Of a stretch of DNA of 64,000 nt, positions 1 through 9,203 are shown piece by piece. The DNA lies in sequence record MW349128.1; one strand, 5' to 3'. The first letter of the stretch is position 1. Every line of letters begins with the position of its first letter. The notes under the pieces were generated by a model. The model saw only the letters and a program-made list of their open reading frames with translations. It made no database searches and was not told where the DNA came from. A program made the position numbers and the translations under genes.

Positions 1-122
1 GTAAGGGTGGCGGTTTAATTAATTTATTACATCTAATAGAAAGTGATGAAAATGATTTATTCAAAGAATTAACAGATGAAAAAGATATTAAAAATTTTAA
101 AGTCAAGAAAGGATTTTCATAA
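1..122 (+). CDS. 3' end of a hypothetical protein (partial), paralogue of the next two ORFs
   Basis: Frame from position 3 reads ...LFKELTDEKDIKNFKVKKGFS*; the stop overlaps the next ATG (TAATG). C-terminal motif matches those of 122..859 and 874..1734. Confidence 0.7.
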   Translation, partial: KGGGLINLLHLIESDENDLFKELTDEKDIKNFKVKKGFS

Positions 123-859
123 TGGAATATAATAATTATTATAGATATAAATTAGATGGAAAAATACTTCACTTTAATATGGATAGAACTGACTTGCGTA
201 GAGATATATTGGCTGAAATATTTACTAAAATGCAGATGGAATATATTTATAAAAATGAAGAAATGATCATCAGACCAAGAAACTTTAGACATCGATCTGT
301 ACTTTCTTTAGTTTATTCTCTTTTTAATGATAAAGTAGTTAAAATCGAACAAATTTCTAAAATATTAATTAAAGATCATGCAAGAGATTTATTAAAATAT
401 AATACGAATTTTAATTTAGAATTTAATTCTATTTTAGATAAAGGAATATTTAAAAAAGATTTTCCAAAGGAATCTTTTCATGACAAAACAGAAAGTAATA
501 TGAATGGATACTCAATTTTAAGTGATAATATAAGACATACTAGTGAAAATTTTGTTAATCTAGAAGATAGAGATCGTATTTTAAATTTTGGAGAAATAGA
601 ATTTCTAGTCAAAGAATTTAATAGAGCTCTTTTAAATTATCTTATGGATTTAGTGGAATATGGAGATTTAGAATTAAATGTTAAGAAATCAGAGTTAGCA
701 TATTTTATGACCGGAATATATACAAAAATGGAAGAACAAGAAGACAAATTATTTTCTATATTCGATTATAAATTTTTACTTAATGAATCTGGGTTATTTG
801 AAGAGGTTACAGATGAAAAAGTTATTAAAGAATATTTAGTGAAAAATAATTTTAAATAA
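122..859 (+). CDS. Hypothetical protein, tandem paralogue family
   Basis: 245-aa ORF; N-terminal YYRYKLDGK and C-terminal FEEVTDEKVIKEYLVKNNFK. Confidence 0.8.
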   Translation: MEYNNYYRYKLDGKILHFNMDRTDLRRDILAEIFTKMQMEYIYKNEEMIIRPRNFRHRSVLSLVYSLFNDKVVKIEQISKILIKDHARDLLKYNTNFNLEFNSILDKGIFKKDFPKESFHDKTESNMNGYSILSDNIRHTSENFVNLEDRDRILNFGEIEFLVKEFNRALLNYLMDLVEYGDLELNVKKSELAYFMTGIYTKMEEQEDKLFSIFDYKFLLNESGLFEEVTDEKVIKEYLVKNNFK

Positions 860-873
860 AGGAGGATTTTTCG

Positions 874-1734
874 TTGAATAAAAATAAAGATTATTATCTA
901 TATAAATTAGAAGACAAAATGTACACAGTTGAAAATGAAATTGAAGATTTATCGGATATAGGTATAAAGAATTTTATAACTCCAGAAATTAATACTTTAA
1001 GTCATATATTCTCAAATTTACAATTCTCACATAAAGAAAATAGAAACCCTGATAAATCTCCTTTTATGCTTTTTAATATTTTTAAAGAGGAACCAAGACA
1101 TATTAAAGGAGCTATTATAGATATAATGCCATTTCTACCTTTTTTAGCTTATAATATAAACGATTCAAAAATATTAAATAATTTTAGTATAAATTTAAAT
1201 TCAGATGTCAAATTTCATGAAAAAGGTGAATATAAAGATAAAGACGATAATGATATTTATGTACTTAAAAATGGCATTGATCTTAGTTTAGAATTGAGTA
1301 TTTCAAATCTTGGAACTGAATTAGACAAAAAATTATTTAATGAATCATGTGGAAATGTCTTTGAGTTTAAAGGAGAAAATAATACATTAGTATTTAAAAT
1401 AAATAAATTTATACCTGAAGAAGATCCAATTCAACTATATAATGCTTTAAAGAAAAATAATCTAGGTCATCATAGGATGTATAAATTTCTTCTAAATATA
1501 AATAATGAAATACTAACATTATTGAATAAAATAACCAATCATCTTAATATAAATTTTTATTTAAATGAAAGATATTTTTTAGAATTTAGCAAAGATGATT
1601 TAAAAATAAAAGAAGAAGATATTAAAGATAAATATGTAGAATTATTTAGTTATATAGATGAAACAGATACATTTGAGAAAATTAATGATGAAAAGATTAT
1701 AGCTAAATATAAAGTAAGAGATAATTTTAAATAA
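874..1734 (+). CDS. Hypothetical protein, tandem paralogue family
   Basis: 286-aa ORF, AAGGAGG RBS, TTG start; YYLYKLEDK ... FEKINDEKIIAKYKVRDNFK. Confidence 0.8.
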   Translation: MNKNKDYYLYKLEDKMYTVENEIEDLSDIGIKNFITPEINTLSHIFSNLQFSHKENRNPDKSPFMLFNIFKEEPRHIKGAIIDIMPFLPFLAYNINDSKILNNFSINLNSDVKFHEKGEYKDKDDNDIYVLKNGIDLSLELSISNLGTELDKKLFNESCGNVFEFKGENNTLVFKINKFIPEEDPIQLYNALKKNNLGHHRMYKFLLNINNEILTLLNKITNHLNINFYLNERYFLEFSKDDLKIKEEDIKDKYVELFSYIDETDTFEKINDEKIIAKYKVRDNFK

Positions 1735-1794
1735 AATTAAAATTCTATAATAACGGAAAATTATAGTAGTATAACTAGGAGATGAAATTAGATA

Positions 1795-4530
1795 ATGAAA
1801 ATTAAACGATTAAAGTTAGTTAACTTTATAGGTATATATGCTGGGACAGGTCTTAAAGAAATTGAGATAGACTTCAGTAAGAGTAAAAATAATATGATAA
1901 TGCTACTTGGAAATAACGGATCTAGTAAGACTGTGATACTTTCACAACTAAGTCCGTATAGAACTTCTAATGATAATCGTAAGACAATTACGATTGAAGG
2001 AGAAAAAGGAGTTAAAGAAATCGATTATATTAAAGGTAATGATGTATATAAAATTAAACATCATTATGGTAAAAATAGTTCTCAGAATAAATCATTTATT
2101 AAAAAGAATGATGAAGAATTAAATGAAAATGGTGGCATTAAACTGTTTAATGAAATAGTTGATAATGAATTAGACGTATCACAAGAATATTTCACAGTAG
2201 GTAGATTAGGAGATAATGTATCTAACTTTATAGACTATACTACAGGTGATCGTAAAACATATATTAACAAATTTGTACCTAATATTGATAAGTATTTAGA
2301 AGCTTATAAAGTTGCTAATGAAAAGAAAAAGCTTATTGATAAAGATCTTAAGTCATTAAGATTTGATTTAGATAAATATAAAGAATTTGATGAAATTAAG
2401 AAAGAAAAAGAAGTACTAGAAAATTTAATTAATGAAATTCAAGATGAATTAGATAATGCTAATAAAGAAAAGACTTCTAATGAGACCAAATTAAATTCTA
2501 TTATGGAAGAAAAGTATAATGAAATTCATCCAACTCAATTAAAAGAAAATTTAATTAATGAACTTCATGAACTTGAAAATGAATTAGAAAAAGAAAGAAA
2601 GTTAAAAGAATCTAATGAAAATCTAAATAATTATACATTAGAATCTGCTAATGAAAAGAAAGAAAAAGTATCTTCTATACTTAATGAAGTTCATACAAAT
2701 TTAACATCAACTAAAAAGGATAAAGAATCTAATCAAGATAAATTAGATGATTTAATTAGTAGAAAATCTAAAATTGAATCTAGAATGAATGCTATTAAGT
2801 TCAATGAAGATTATGATGCTTCACAGGAAATTGATGAAATTCTTCAATCATATAAAGATGATCTAACTGATTTAGATAATGATATAGATGTTGCTAGAGG
2901 ATCCTATTTCAATAACTTTAATATTAAAATTAAAGATAATATTGAAGTTAATACACTTAATTTATATATAGATAACCTATTAAATAAAGTTAATAAATTC
3001 AAGAGTCTAGTTAATGATAATAAATTTAAATATAATGATATTCATGGAGATTTTGAAACTGAAATTAAATCTAATAAAGAAAAAATTTCTATGAACCTAA
3101 ATGAAGCTAATGAACTTAATACAAGTCTTAATCAAATTAAAGGTAAATCAGATTTACTTAAAATATTAGAACAAAAAGATCATGAACATTATAAAGAATG
3201 TGTATTTGTACCTTTAGTAGTTGATTTTAAAGATAATGAATATGATTCAATTGATAAATTGGAAACTAGAGTTAATGAACTTTATGAAGAAAATAATCAG
3301 TTAGAAAATGATAATGAACTTCTTTCTAATCATATCGATATATTAAATCAATTTAATTATATTAAAGAAGATGTCGATTCATTAAACGAATATTTAGGTT
3401 TTGATATTATTACTATGGATAATATTAAAGAGATATTTATTAATAATAGCTCATTTACTAATGAAGAAAATAGCTTGAAATCATTATCAGATAATGTTAA
3501 TGAAATTAGAACATCTGAACGCAATAGAGATGAATTATCTAAAGAATTGGAAAGAAAAAGATATGCGTTTAAAGAAGATCATTCTAATCAAAAATTAATG
3601 AATCAATATAACGAAGATAAAGCTGAATTAGAAAAGCAGATTGAAGAAGTTAAAAGTAATAAAGATAATATCTTAGAGAATCTTAATGAACTTAATGCAA
3701 AGAAAGATAAAGGACAAAATACTTTAGACATTATTAATGAATTTATTAATTTAACAGAAAAGTCTGATGAAATTAAATCTAACATTAAAGATAAACAATC
3801 TAATATTGATGAAGTTGATAAAGATTTAAATAATTTAAGTAGATTATATGAACTTAATCAACAATCAGATAGTAAGATTAATTCTATTAAAGATAATTTA
3901 ACTATGAAGAAAAATGATTTAGAATCTACTAAAGAAAAATACTTTACAGTAAATACGATTATTAATAAGATTGATGATATTGAGAAAGTATTATGGAAAT
4001 ATTCATTAGTAGTCGATTCATTGAATCCTAAAAAAGATTCTATACCATTAATATTCATTACTAATTACCTTAAAGATATTGCAGTAAGTACTAATGAACT
4101 TCTTTCAGTGGCGTACAATAATTCATTCAAGATTGATTTTGATTTAACTGACAAGGATTTCTTTATTAATGTTTATAAAGGTAATGGTACTGAATTACAA
4201 GACATTAAAGAAGCTTCTCAAGGGGAAACAGCTTTAACTAATATTAGTTTATCATTATCATTATTAAATAAAGTTTCACAAGATTATAATATTCTTTATC
4301 TAGATGAAATGGATGCAACATTAGACTCTAATAATCGTAGAAGATTTGTTGATGTTATTGATAAGCAAATTGAATTAATGGGATTAGAACAAGTATTCTT
4401 AATTAGTCATAATGATGAATTTTATAGTTCTGATATTGATTTAATTTTGCTTAAAGGATATGAAAATAAGATTGATATTAATGATGAAGAAATGATGCAA
4501 GGTAAAAATGTATTGTTTAAATTAAATTAA
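1795..4530 (+). CDS. sbcC: SbcC/Rad50-like SMC-family ATPase
   Basis: Walker A GNNGSSKT, long coiled coil, signature SQGE, Walker B ILYLDEMD, D-loop ATLD, H-loop LISHN. Confidence 0.92.
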   Translation: MKIKRLKLVNFIGIYAGTGLKEIEIDFSKSKNNMIMLLGNNGSSKTVILSQLSPYRTSNDNRKTITIEGEKGVKEIDYIKGNDVYKIKHHYGKNSSQNKSFIKKNDEELNENGGIKLFNEIVDNELDVSQEYFTVGRLGDNVSNFIDYTTGDRKTYINKFVPNIDKYLEAYKVANEKKKLIDKDLKSLRFDLDKYKEFDEIKKEKEVLENLINEIQDELDNANKEKTSNETKLNSIMEEKYNEIHPTQLKENLINELHELENELEKERKLKESNENLNNYTLESANEKKEKVSSILNEVHTNLTSTKKDKESNQDKLDDLISRKSKIESRMNAIKFNEDYDASQEIDEILQSYKDDLTDLDNDIDVARGSYFNNFNIKIKDNIEVNTLNLYIDNLLNKVNKFKSLVNDNKFKYNDIHGDFETEIKSNKEKISMNLNEANELNTSLNQIKGKSDLLKILEQKDHEHYKECVFVPLVVDFKDNEYDSIDKLETRVNELYEENNQLENDNELLSNHIDILNQFNYIKEDVDSLNEYLGFDIITMDNIKEIFINNSSFTNEENSLKSLSDNVNEIRTSERNRDELSKELERKRYAFKEDHSNQKLMNQYNEDKAELEKQIEEVKSNKDNILENLNELNAKKDKGQNTLDIINEFINLTEKSDEIKSNIKDKQSNIDEVDKDLNNLSRLYELNQQSDSKINSIKDNLTMKKNDLESTKEKYFTVNTIINKIDDIEKVLWKYSLVVDSLNPKKDSIPLIFITNYLKDIAVSTNELLSVAYNNSFKIDFDLTDKDFFINVYKGNGTELQDIKEASQGETALTNISLSLSLLNKVSQDYNILYLDEMDATLDSNNRRRFVDVIDKQIELMGLEQVFLISHNDEFYSSDIDLILLKGYENKIDINDEEMMQGKNVLFKLN

Positions 4531-4551
4531 ATTTGAAAAGGATGTTTTAAA

Positions 4552-4695
4552 ATGAATAAAAAAAGACTATTAATATCTACTTTAATGACTATTGCAATTG
4601 CTTTACCACTTAACGTATTCTTTGAACATTTAAGAACTAGATATCAGCAAGATGATATAGACACAGTTGATACAGAGAAAGAATTATTCTTATAG
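4552..4695 (+). CDS. Small 47-aa membrane or secreted protein (not in the ORF track)
   Basis: RBS GAAAAGGA; MNKKRLLISTLMTIAIALPLNVFF..., basic N-terminus followed by a hydrophobic helix; terminator follows. Confidence 0.65.
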   Translation: MNKKRLLISTLMTIAIALPLNVFFEHLRTRYQQDDIDTVDTEKELFL

Positions 4696-4705
4696 TTAAT
4701 CAAAC

Positions 4706-4738
4706 ATGCCAAACGATTCTAATCGAGTCGTTTGGCAT
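4706..4738 (+). terminator. Intrinsic terminator
   Basis: ATGCCAAACGA/TCGTTTGGCAT inverted repeat followed by T-rich sequence. Confidence 0.75.
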
Positions 4739-4813
4739 TATATTTTTAATTTTTTACAAAATTGTAATAACTAGCAATTATGAAATAACTTGAATTAGGA
4801 GGAATTTTTAGTT

Positions 4814-7800
4814 ATGGGTCGTTTTATAAAATCAACATATTTGAATAAAAAAGAAACATCTAATAAAAAAGAGAAAGTAGTAATGGTTGTTAAGGAAGAA
4901 GATGGAACTAAGAAACATATGGAAATAGTAGATCCTATGATGCATTATTATGTAACTAAAGATGAACATTGGTTACCACCTAATATAGTTGTAGGTTCTA
5001 TGGCTAAAGAAAAAGTTAGAACTGTACACTGTAAACATAAAGATGTTATTAAATCTATAGTTAGAGAAGCAGGTAATGCTCAAGATAAATCAGAATACGA
5101 TAGAATATTATCTTCAGGTAATTATGAAGAGTTTAGAAAATTAAAAGATTTTCATTTAATGAATAATGTTCATGGATCTGATATTAATATTGAAGATTAT
5201 AATATTAATGAGTATATCAAACAAAACTTAGATAGTAAAGTTGGAATTGATATATGTCTATTTGATATAGAGGTAGATGGATCGCAAACAGTTGGGTTAA
5301 TTTAGGTAGCTCAATTAAAAAATTATTAATTGCTGAAAAGTTTAAAAATAATCAGCATCACTAATTTAGTGTTCAACGACTAAATATAATAATATAATTC
5401 AAATATACTTCCTTTATAAAAGGAGGAAAATAATGAAAGAAATATGGAAAGACATTAAAGATTTTGAAAATTACTATAAAATATCCAATACTGGTAAAGT
5501 TAAATCGGTTTCAAGATATGTATATAATGATTCTTTAAAAGGTAAAGATAAAAGAATGCTTATTAAAGAAAGAGTATTAAAAACAAGAATAAATAAAAAT
5601 GGTTATGAAGATGTTCAATTATATAGAAATAATAAGAAGCATACAAGAAGAATACACCGTTTAGTTGCAGAGAATTTTATCGAAAATAAAGATATTGATA
5701 AAAATGTAGTTAATCATATTGACGGTAATAAATTAAATAACAATTTATCTAATTTAGAATGGATGTCAGTATTAGAAAATAATTTACATGCTATAGAAAA
5801 TAATCTTCATAAAACTGATAAAATGGAAGAATCATTAAAAAAGAGAAGAAAACCAGTAGCACAAATAGATAAAGAAACAGATAAAATTATAAAAGAATAT
5901 GAAAGTGCTAAATTTGCAGCGGAAGAATTAAATATAGATAGAAAAGGAATACAAGCAGTTGCAAATGGTTATAGAAATAGTAAAACTTACAAAAATTTTA
6001 AATGGAAATATATTTGAATTTAAAAGATATAGTCTAATCTTTATACAATTGTATAAAGTTAATATAAATGTCCCTGAACCAGGAATGGCTGAAATTAATA
6101 TTATAACTGTAGTTGATTGGAGTAAACGTAAATGTTTAACATTTGCATTAAAATATGATACAGATAATTATAATGAAGTTATGACAGATAAAACTAAATT
6201 AATGGAAGATCTAAATAATATTTATAATAATAAAGATAGCGAGATTGGAGAAGATTTAGGTTTAGAATTTGAAATATATGAATTAGATACTGAAATGGAA
6301 ATTATTAAATCATTCTTATACTATATTAATGAAATTAGTAAGCCTGATATATGTACGGCTTGAGAAACACACTGGGTCGTGTAAAACCTTTTTAATTGCT
6401 GGAACGTCCTTATTGCTTAGTGAGCTACAACGTGACTGGTAACGGTGAGCGTGATATGCTTAAAAATCATTAAGATTGGATAATCAGCAGCGAAGACTCT
6501 ATAAATCCTTTTCAAGAAAGGATGATTAATATGAATTATAAACCGAAAAATAAAAAGAAAATAACCAATGAAGATTGGAAAGAAATTGTCAAAGAATTAG
6601 GTAATGATGAATATGAAGTATTAGGAGATTACCTGGGTACAAAAAACAAAATTGAAATGAAACATAAAATATGTGGAGAGACATTTTTTATGACACCAAA
6701 TAATTTTAAAATAAGTGAAAATCGTTGTCCTATCTGTTCTATAAAGAAAGTTTCAGAAAAACGTAGGAAGAAGACAAAGGAATTAAATGAAAAAATAAAA
6801 GAAGTTCTTGATGATTCTTATGAATTTAAATTGAACGGTAATGAAACTGTTCATAATAAAATAAAAGTAAAACATAAACAATGTGGAAACGAATACAGTG
6901 TTTTAATAAGACATATAATTTATGATAAAAATAAATGTAGTAAATGTCAAGATTTTGTTAATTCAAGAGATGAAAAAGAAATAAATAAATTCCTTATAGA
7001 AATGGGCGTAGATTTCGAAAGACAATATAAATTTGAAGATGACAAAGTAAAAAATCTTAGATTTGACTTTGCAGTTTTTAAAAATAACGAAATCAAACTT
7101 ATAGAATTTGATGGTGAATTTCATTTTAAAGAAAAATTTGGTGGACCAAAAGCATTTGAGAAAGTAGTATACAATGACTATCTCAAAAATAAATTTTGTT
7201 TTGACAATAACATAAAATTACTTAGAATACCTTATTGGGAAAGTAATAATAAAAAAGAAATAATAAAAAGGTTTATAGAGTAACGTTCAACGACTATCGA
7301 AAAGTGAGCATTATGTCGAGAGGACCTATTGCAATATAACTGAGTAGAGTACACTTTTAATTAAGTGGAAAAAGAAGGGTATGTAGAGTAACGTCTATAT
7401 ACAAGATATAGTCTATCTTTCAATAAAATATATTTTATTGAAATTTGTGGAATCTAGATTTTGACTTTGCAACTATATTTGAAAGAATTAAAGTTAATGG
7501 AGAAGATCCAGCTGATTATTTCTGTTCTAAAGATTTACAAGATAAAAAAGCTTATTATAGATTAGATAAAAACGCTACAGATGCAGCTAATAGATCATCT
7601 ACGTTCGAAACTAACTCATACACTAACTGGATTGACCAATTAGCTTTATATGCAAATGTAAATAAACCAAATGGTGTTATGGAATCAGTTAAGTTAAATG
7701 ATGTTGGTGAAAAAGAAACTGGTATTAAGAAAGATGTATATGAAGGATCTATCTCTGATTTACATTTTAGAGATTATTATACATTCATTCTTTATAACAT

Positions 7801-8389
7801 TAAAGATACTGTATTAACTGCTTTAATAGAAAAGAACACTAATATGTTTGATTTATTATTCTCTATTGTAGATATGACTAGAACTAGACCAAGTAAAGCA
7901 CTTAAGAAAACTATTTGTTTAAGAAATCGTAGTTCTGTCTTCTTTGAAAATCAAGGATATGTATTAAGTAATAATCACTCTAAAATACTATCTGATCCAA
8001 ATGCAGATAAAATACGTGGTGGATTTGTAGCTAATATGACATTAATAGAACGTATGGGTGATATTTTAGTTAAAGGTAGAGATATTAGATCTAATAGATT
8101 ATTTAGTAATGTTTGTGACTTTGACTTGAGTTCACTATATCCTTCTATTATTAGAGGATTTAATATAACACCTGAAGGGCATATAGGTAAAATTCAAATA
8201 CAAGATAAATCTACAATGACAGTTCCTAAGTATGAAGAAGACAAATTAAATTACGACTTTAATACTGAATTTATTAGTAAATTTAACAGTCAAGATAGTG
8301 TAGCATTTGCTCAAGAATTTCATGGTTTACCTCCATTGAATATTGCAGCTAAGAAAGTATCTGATAAAATAAAAAGTAAAGGAGCTTAA
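4814..8389 (+). CDS. polB: Family-B DNA polymerase, N-terminal subunit (3'-5' exonuclease plus motif A), three exons
   Basis: Exons 4814-5297, 6071-6360 and 7448-8389 join in frame (571 aa), giving DIEVDGSQTVG|FPEP (ExoI), PDICTA|WNLDFD (ExoII), YNIKD (ExoIII) and DFDLSSLYPS (motif A). Motifs B and C are absent. Confidence 0.9.
5298..6070 (+). mobile_element. Group I intron 1 of polB (773 nt), endonuclease ORF in the P8 loop
   Basis: Exon ends in U; P1 TTGGGT/GCTCAA with U-G; core TTGCTG..AATCAGCA, GTTCAACGACTA, AAGATATAGTCT; P8 5397-5407/6009-6019 brackets the ORF; terminal G6070. Confidence 0.9.
5433..6017 (+). CDS. Intron-encoded NUMOD4-HNH homing endonuclease
   Basis: EIWKDIKDFENYYKISNTGKVKS (NUMOD4), HRLVAENF...VNHIDGNKLNNNLSNLEW (HNH), C-terminal NUMOD1-like domain; GGAGG RBS. 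Confidence 0.92.
   Translation: MKEIWKDIKDFENYYKISNTGKVKSVSRYVYNDSLKGKDKRMLIKERVLKTRINKNGYEDVQLYRNNKKHTRRIHRLVAENFIENKDIDKNVVNHIDGNKLNNNLSNLEWMSVLENNLHAIENNLHKTDKMEESLKKRRKPVAQIDKETDKIIKEYESAKFAAEELNIDRKGIQAVANGYRNSKTYKNFKWKYI
6361..7447 (+). mobile_element. Group I intron 2 of polB (1087 nt), ORF in the P6 loop
   Basis: P1 ACGGCT/GGTCGT with U-G; TTGCTGG..AATCAGCAG; ORF bracketed by ACTCTATAAA/TTTATAGAGT; R element GTTCAACGACTA and S element AAGATATAGTCT; terminal G7447. Confidence 0.9.
6522..7283 (+). CDS. Intron-encoded endonuclease (two Cys/His Zn modules plus Vsr-like/EDxHD-type nuclease domain)
   Basis: HKICGETF..RCPIC and HKQCG..KCSKC; RFDF..EFDGEFHF..NDYLKNKFC..LLRIPY. Confidence 0.85.
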   Translation: MINMNYKPKNKKKITNEDWKEIVKELGNDEYEVLGDYLGTKNKIEMKHKICGETFFMTPNNFKISENRCPICSIKKVSEKRRKKTKELNEKIKEVLDDSYEFKLNGNETVHNKIKVKHKQCGNEYSVLIRHIIYDKNKCSKCQDFVNSRDEKEINKFLIEMGVDFERQYKFEDDKVKNLRFDFAVFKNNEIKLIEFDGEFHFKEKFGGPKAFEKVVYNDYLKNKFCFDNNIKLLRIPYWESNNKKEIIKRFIE

Positions 8390-8392
8390 CCT

Positions 8393-9178
8393 TTGAGTAT
8401 TTTAATTGAAGAAAGTAAAATAGTAAATAAATTAGTCATGACTTTTGAAGAAATTTCTAAATTATTTAATAATATTGAAAATGGAAGTAAATTGATAGAT
8501 TTCAAAAATAATGTATTTACTAATGGTTCTAATTTAGAAACTATACCTAATAATGTTAATGTACAAATTAAAGAAGATAATCCAATTTATGATTATCTTC
8601 TTCCAATTGAATATTGTAGCTTTAATGTAGAAGATTTTATACAGGTTAGAACTAATAAAGCTGATAAAATTATTAAAGTAGAATTCTTTAATGATGAAGA
8701 TAATAAAGGTATTAAGTTTACTAGAGAATCTGATTTAGAAACAATTATTGATGATAAAGATTATTATATTGAAGAGAATATTAATGAAGAATATAATTAT
8801 ACAGAGGATGCTATTAAATTTCTTAAAGAATCAGATCCTTTCTATTCTTTTAATTTAGATGAAAAATCTTTATTATATATTAAAGAATGTAAACCTTCTG
8901 AATTCTTTAAATGTATATTTACTGAAAATGAAATGTTTGTAAGAGAACCGTATTATATTTATAATGAAGATGATTATTTAATTGATTTTAGAACTTCAAA
9001 GAAATATCTATTAGGATTAAAATATAAAACTACAAAAGGAAATATTGTTTGTCCTGAAGTTCATGTAGATATCTTTGCTCCGGAAACAGATGTATATAGT
9101 GAATTTATCTTACTAAAATTTTCAATTTCTCAAGATAAATTTATAGCAAATTTAGATTTTTTGATTTATAATATATAA
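8393..9178 (+). CDS. Hypothetical protein, translationally adjacent to polB
   Basis: 261-aa acidic ORF starting 3 nt after the polB stop; no motif recognised. Confidence 0.75.
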   Translation: MSILIEESKIVNKLVMTFEEISKLFNNIENGSKLIDFKNNVFTNGSNLETIPNNVNVQIKEDNPIYDYLLPIEYCSFNVEDFIQVRTNKADKIIKVEFFNDEDNKGIKFTRESDLETIIDDKDYYIEENINEEYNYTEDAIKFLKESDPFYSFNLDEKSLLYIKECKPSEFFKCIFTENEMFVREPYYIYNEDDYLIDFRTSKKYLLGLKYKTTKGNIVCPEVHVDIFAPETDVYSEFILLKFSISQDKFIANLDFLIYNI

Positions 9179-9203
9179 TGTAAGGAAAAATTCTAAAAAG
9201 GAG

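Noticed and set aside
5959-6070. N-terminal part of the tracked 134-aa ORF (MQMVIEIVK...)
   Set aside because: It overlaps the HNH gene end and the intron 3' core; only 6071-6360 is exon.
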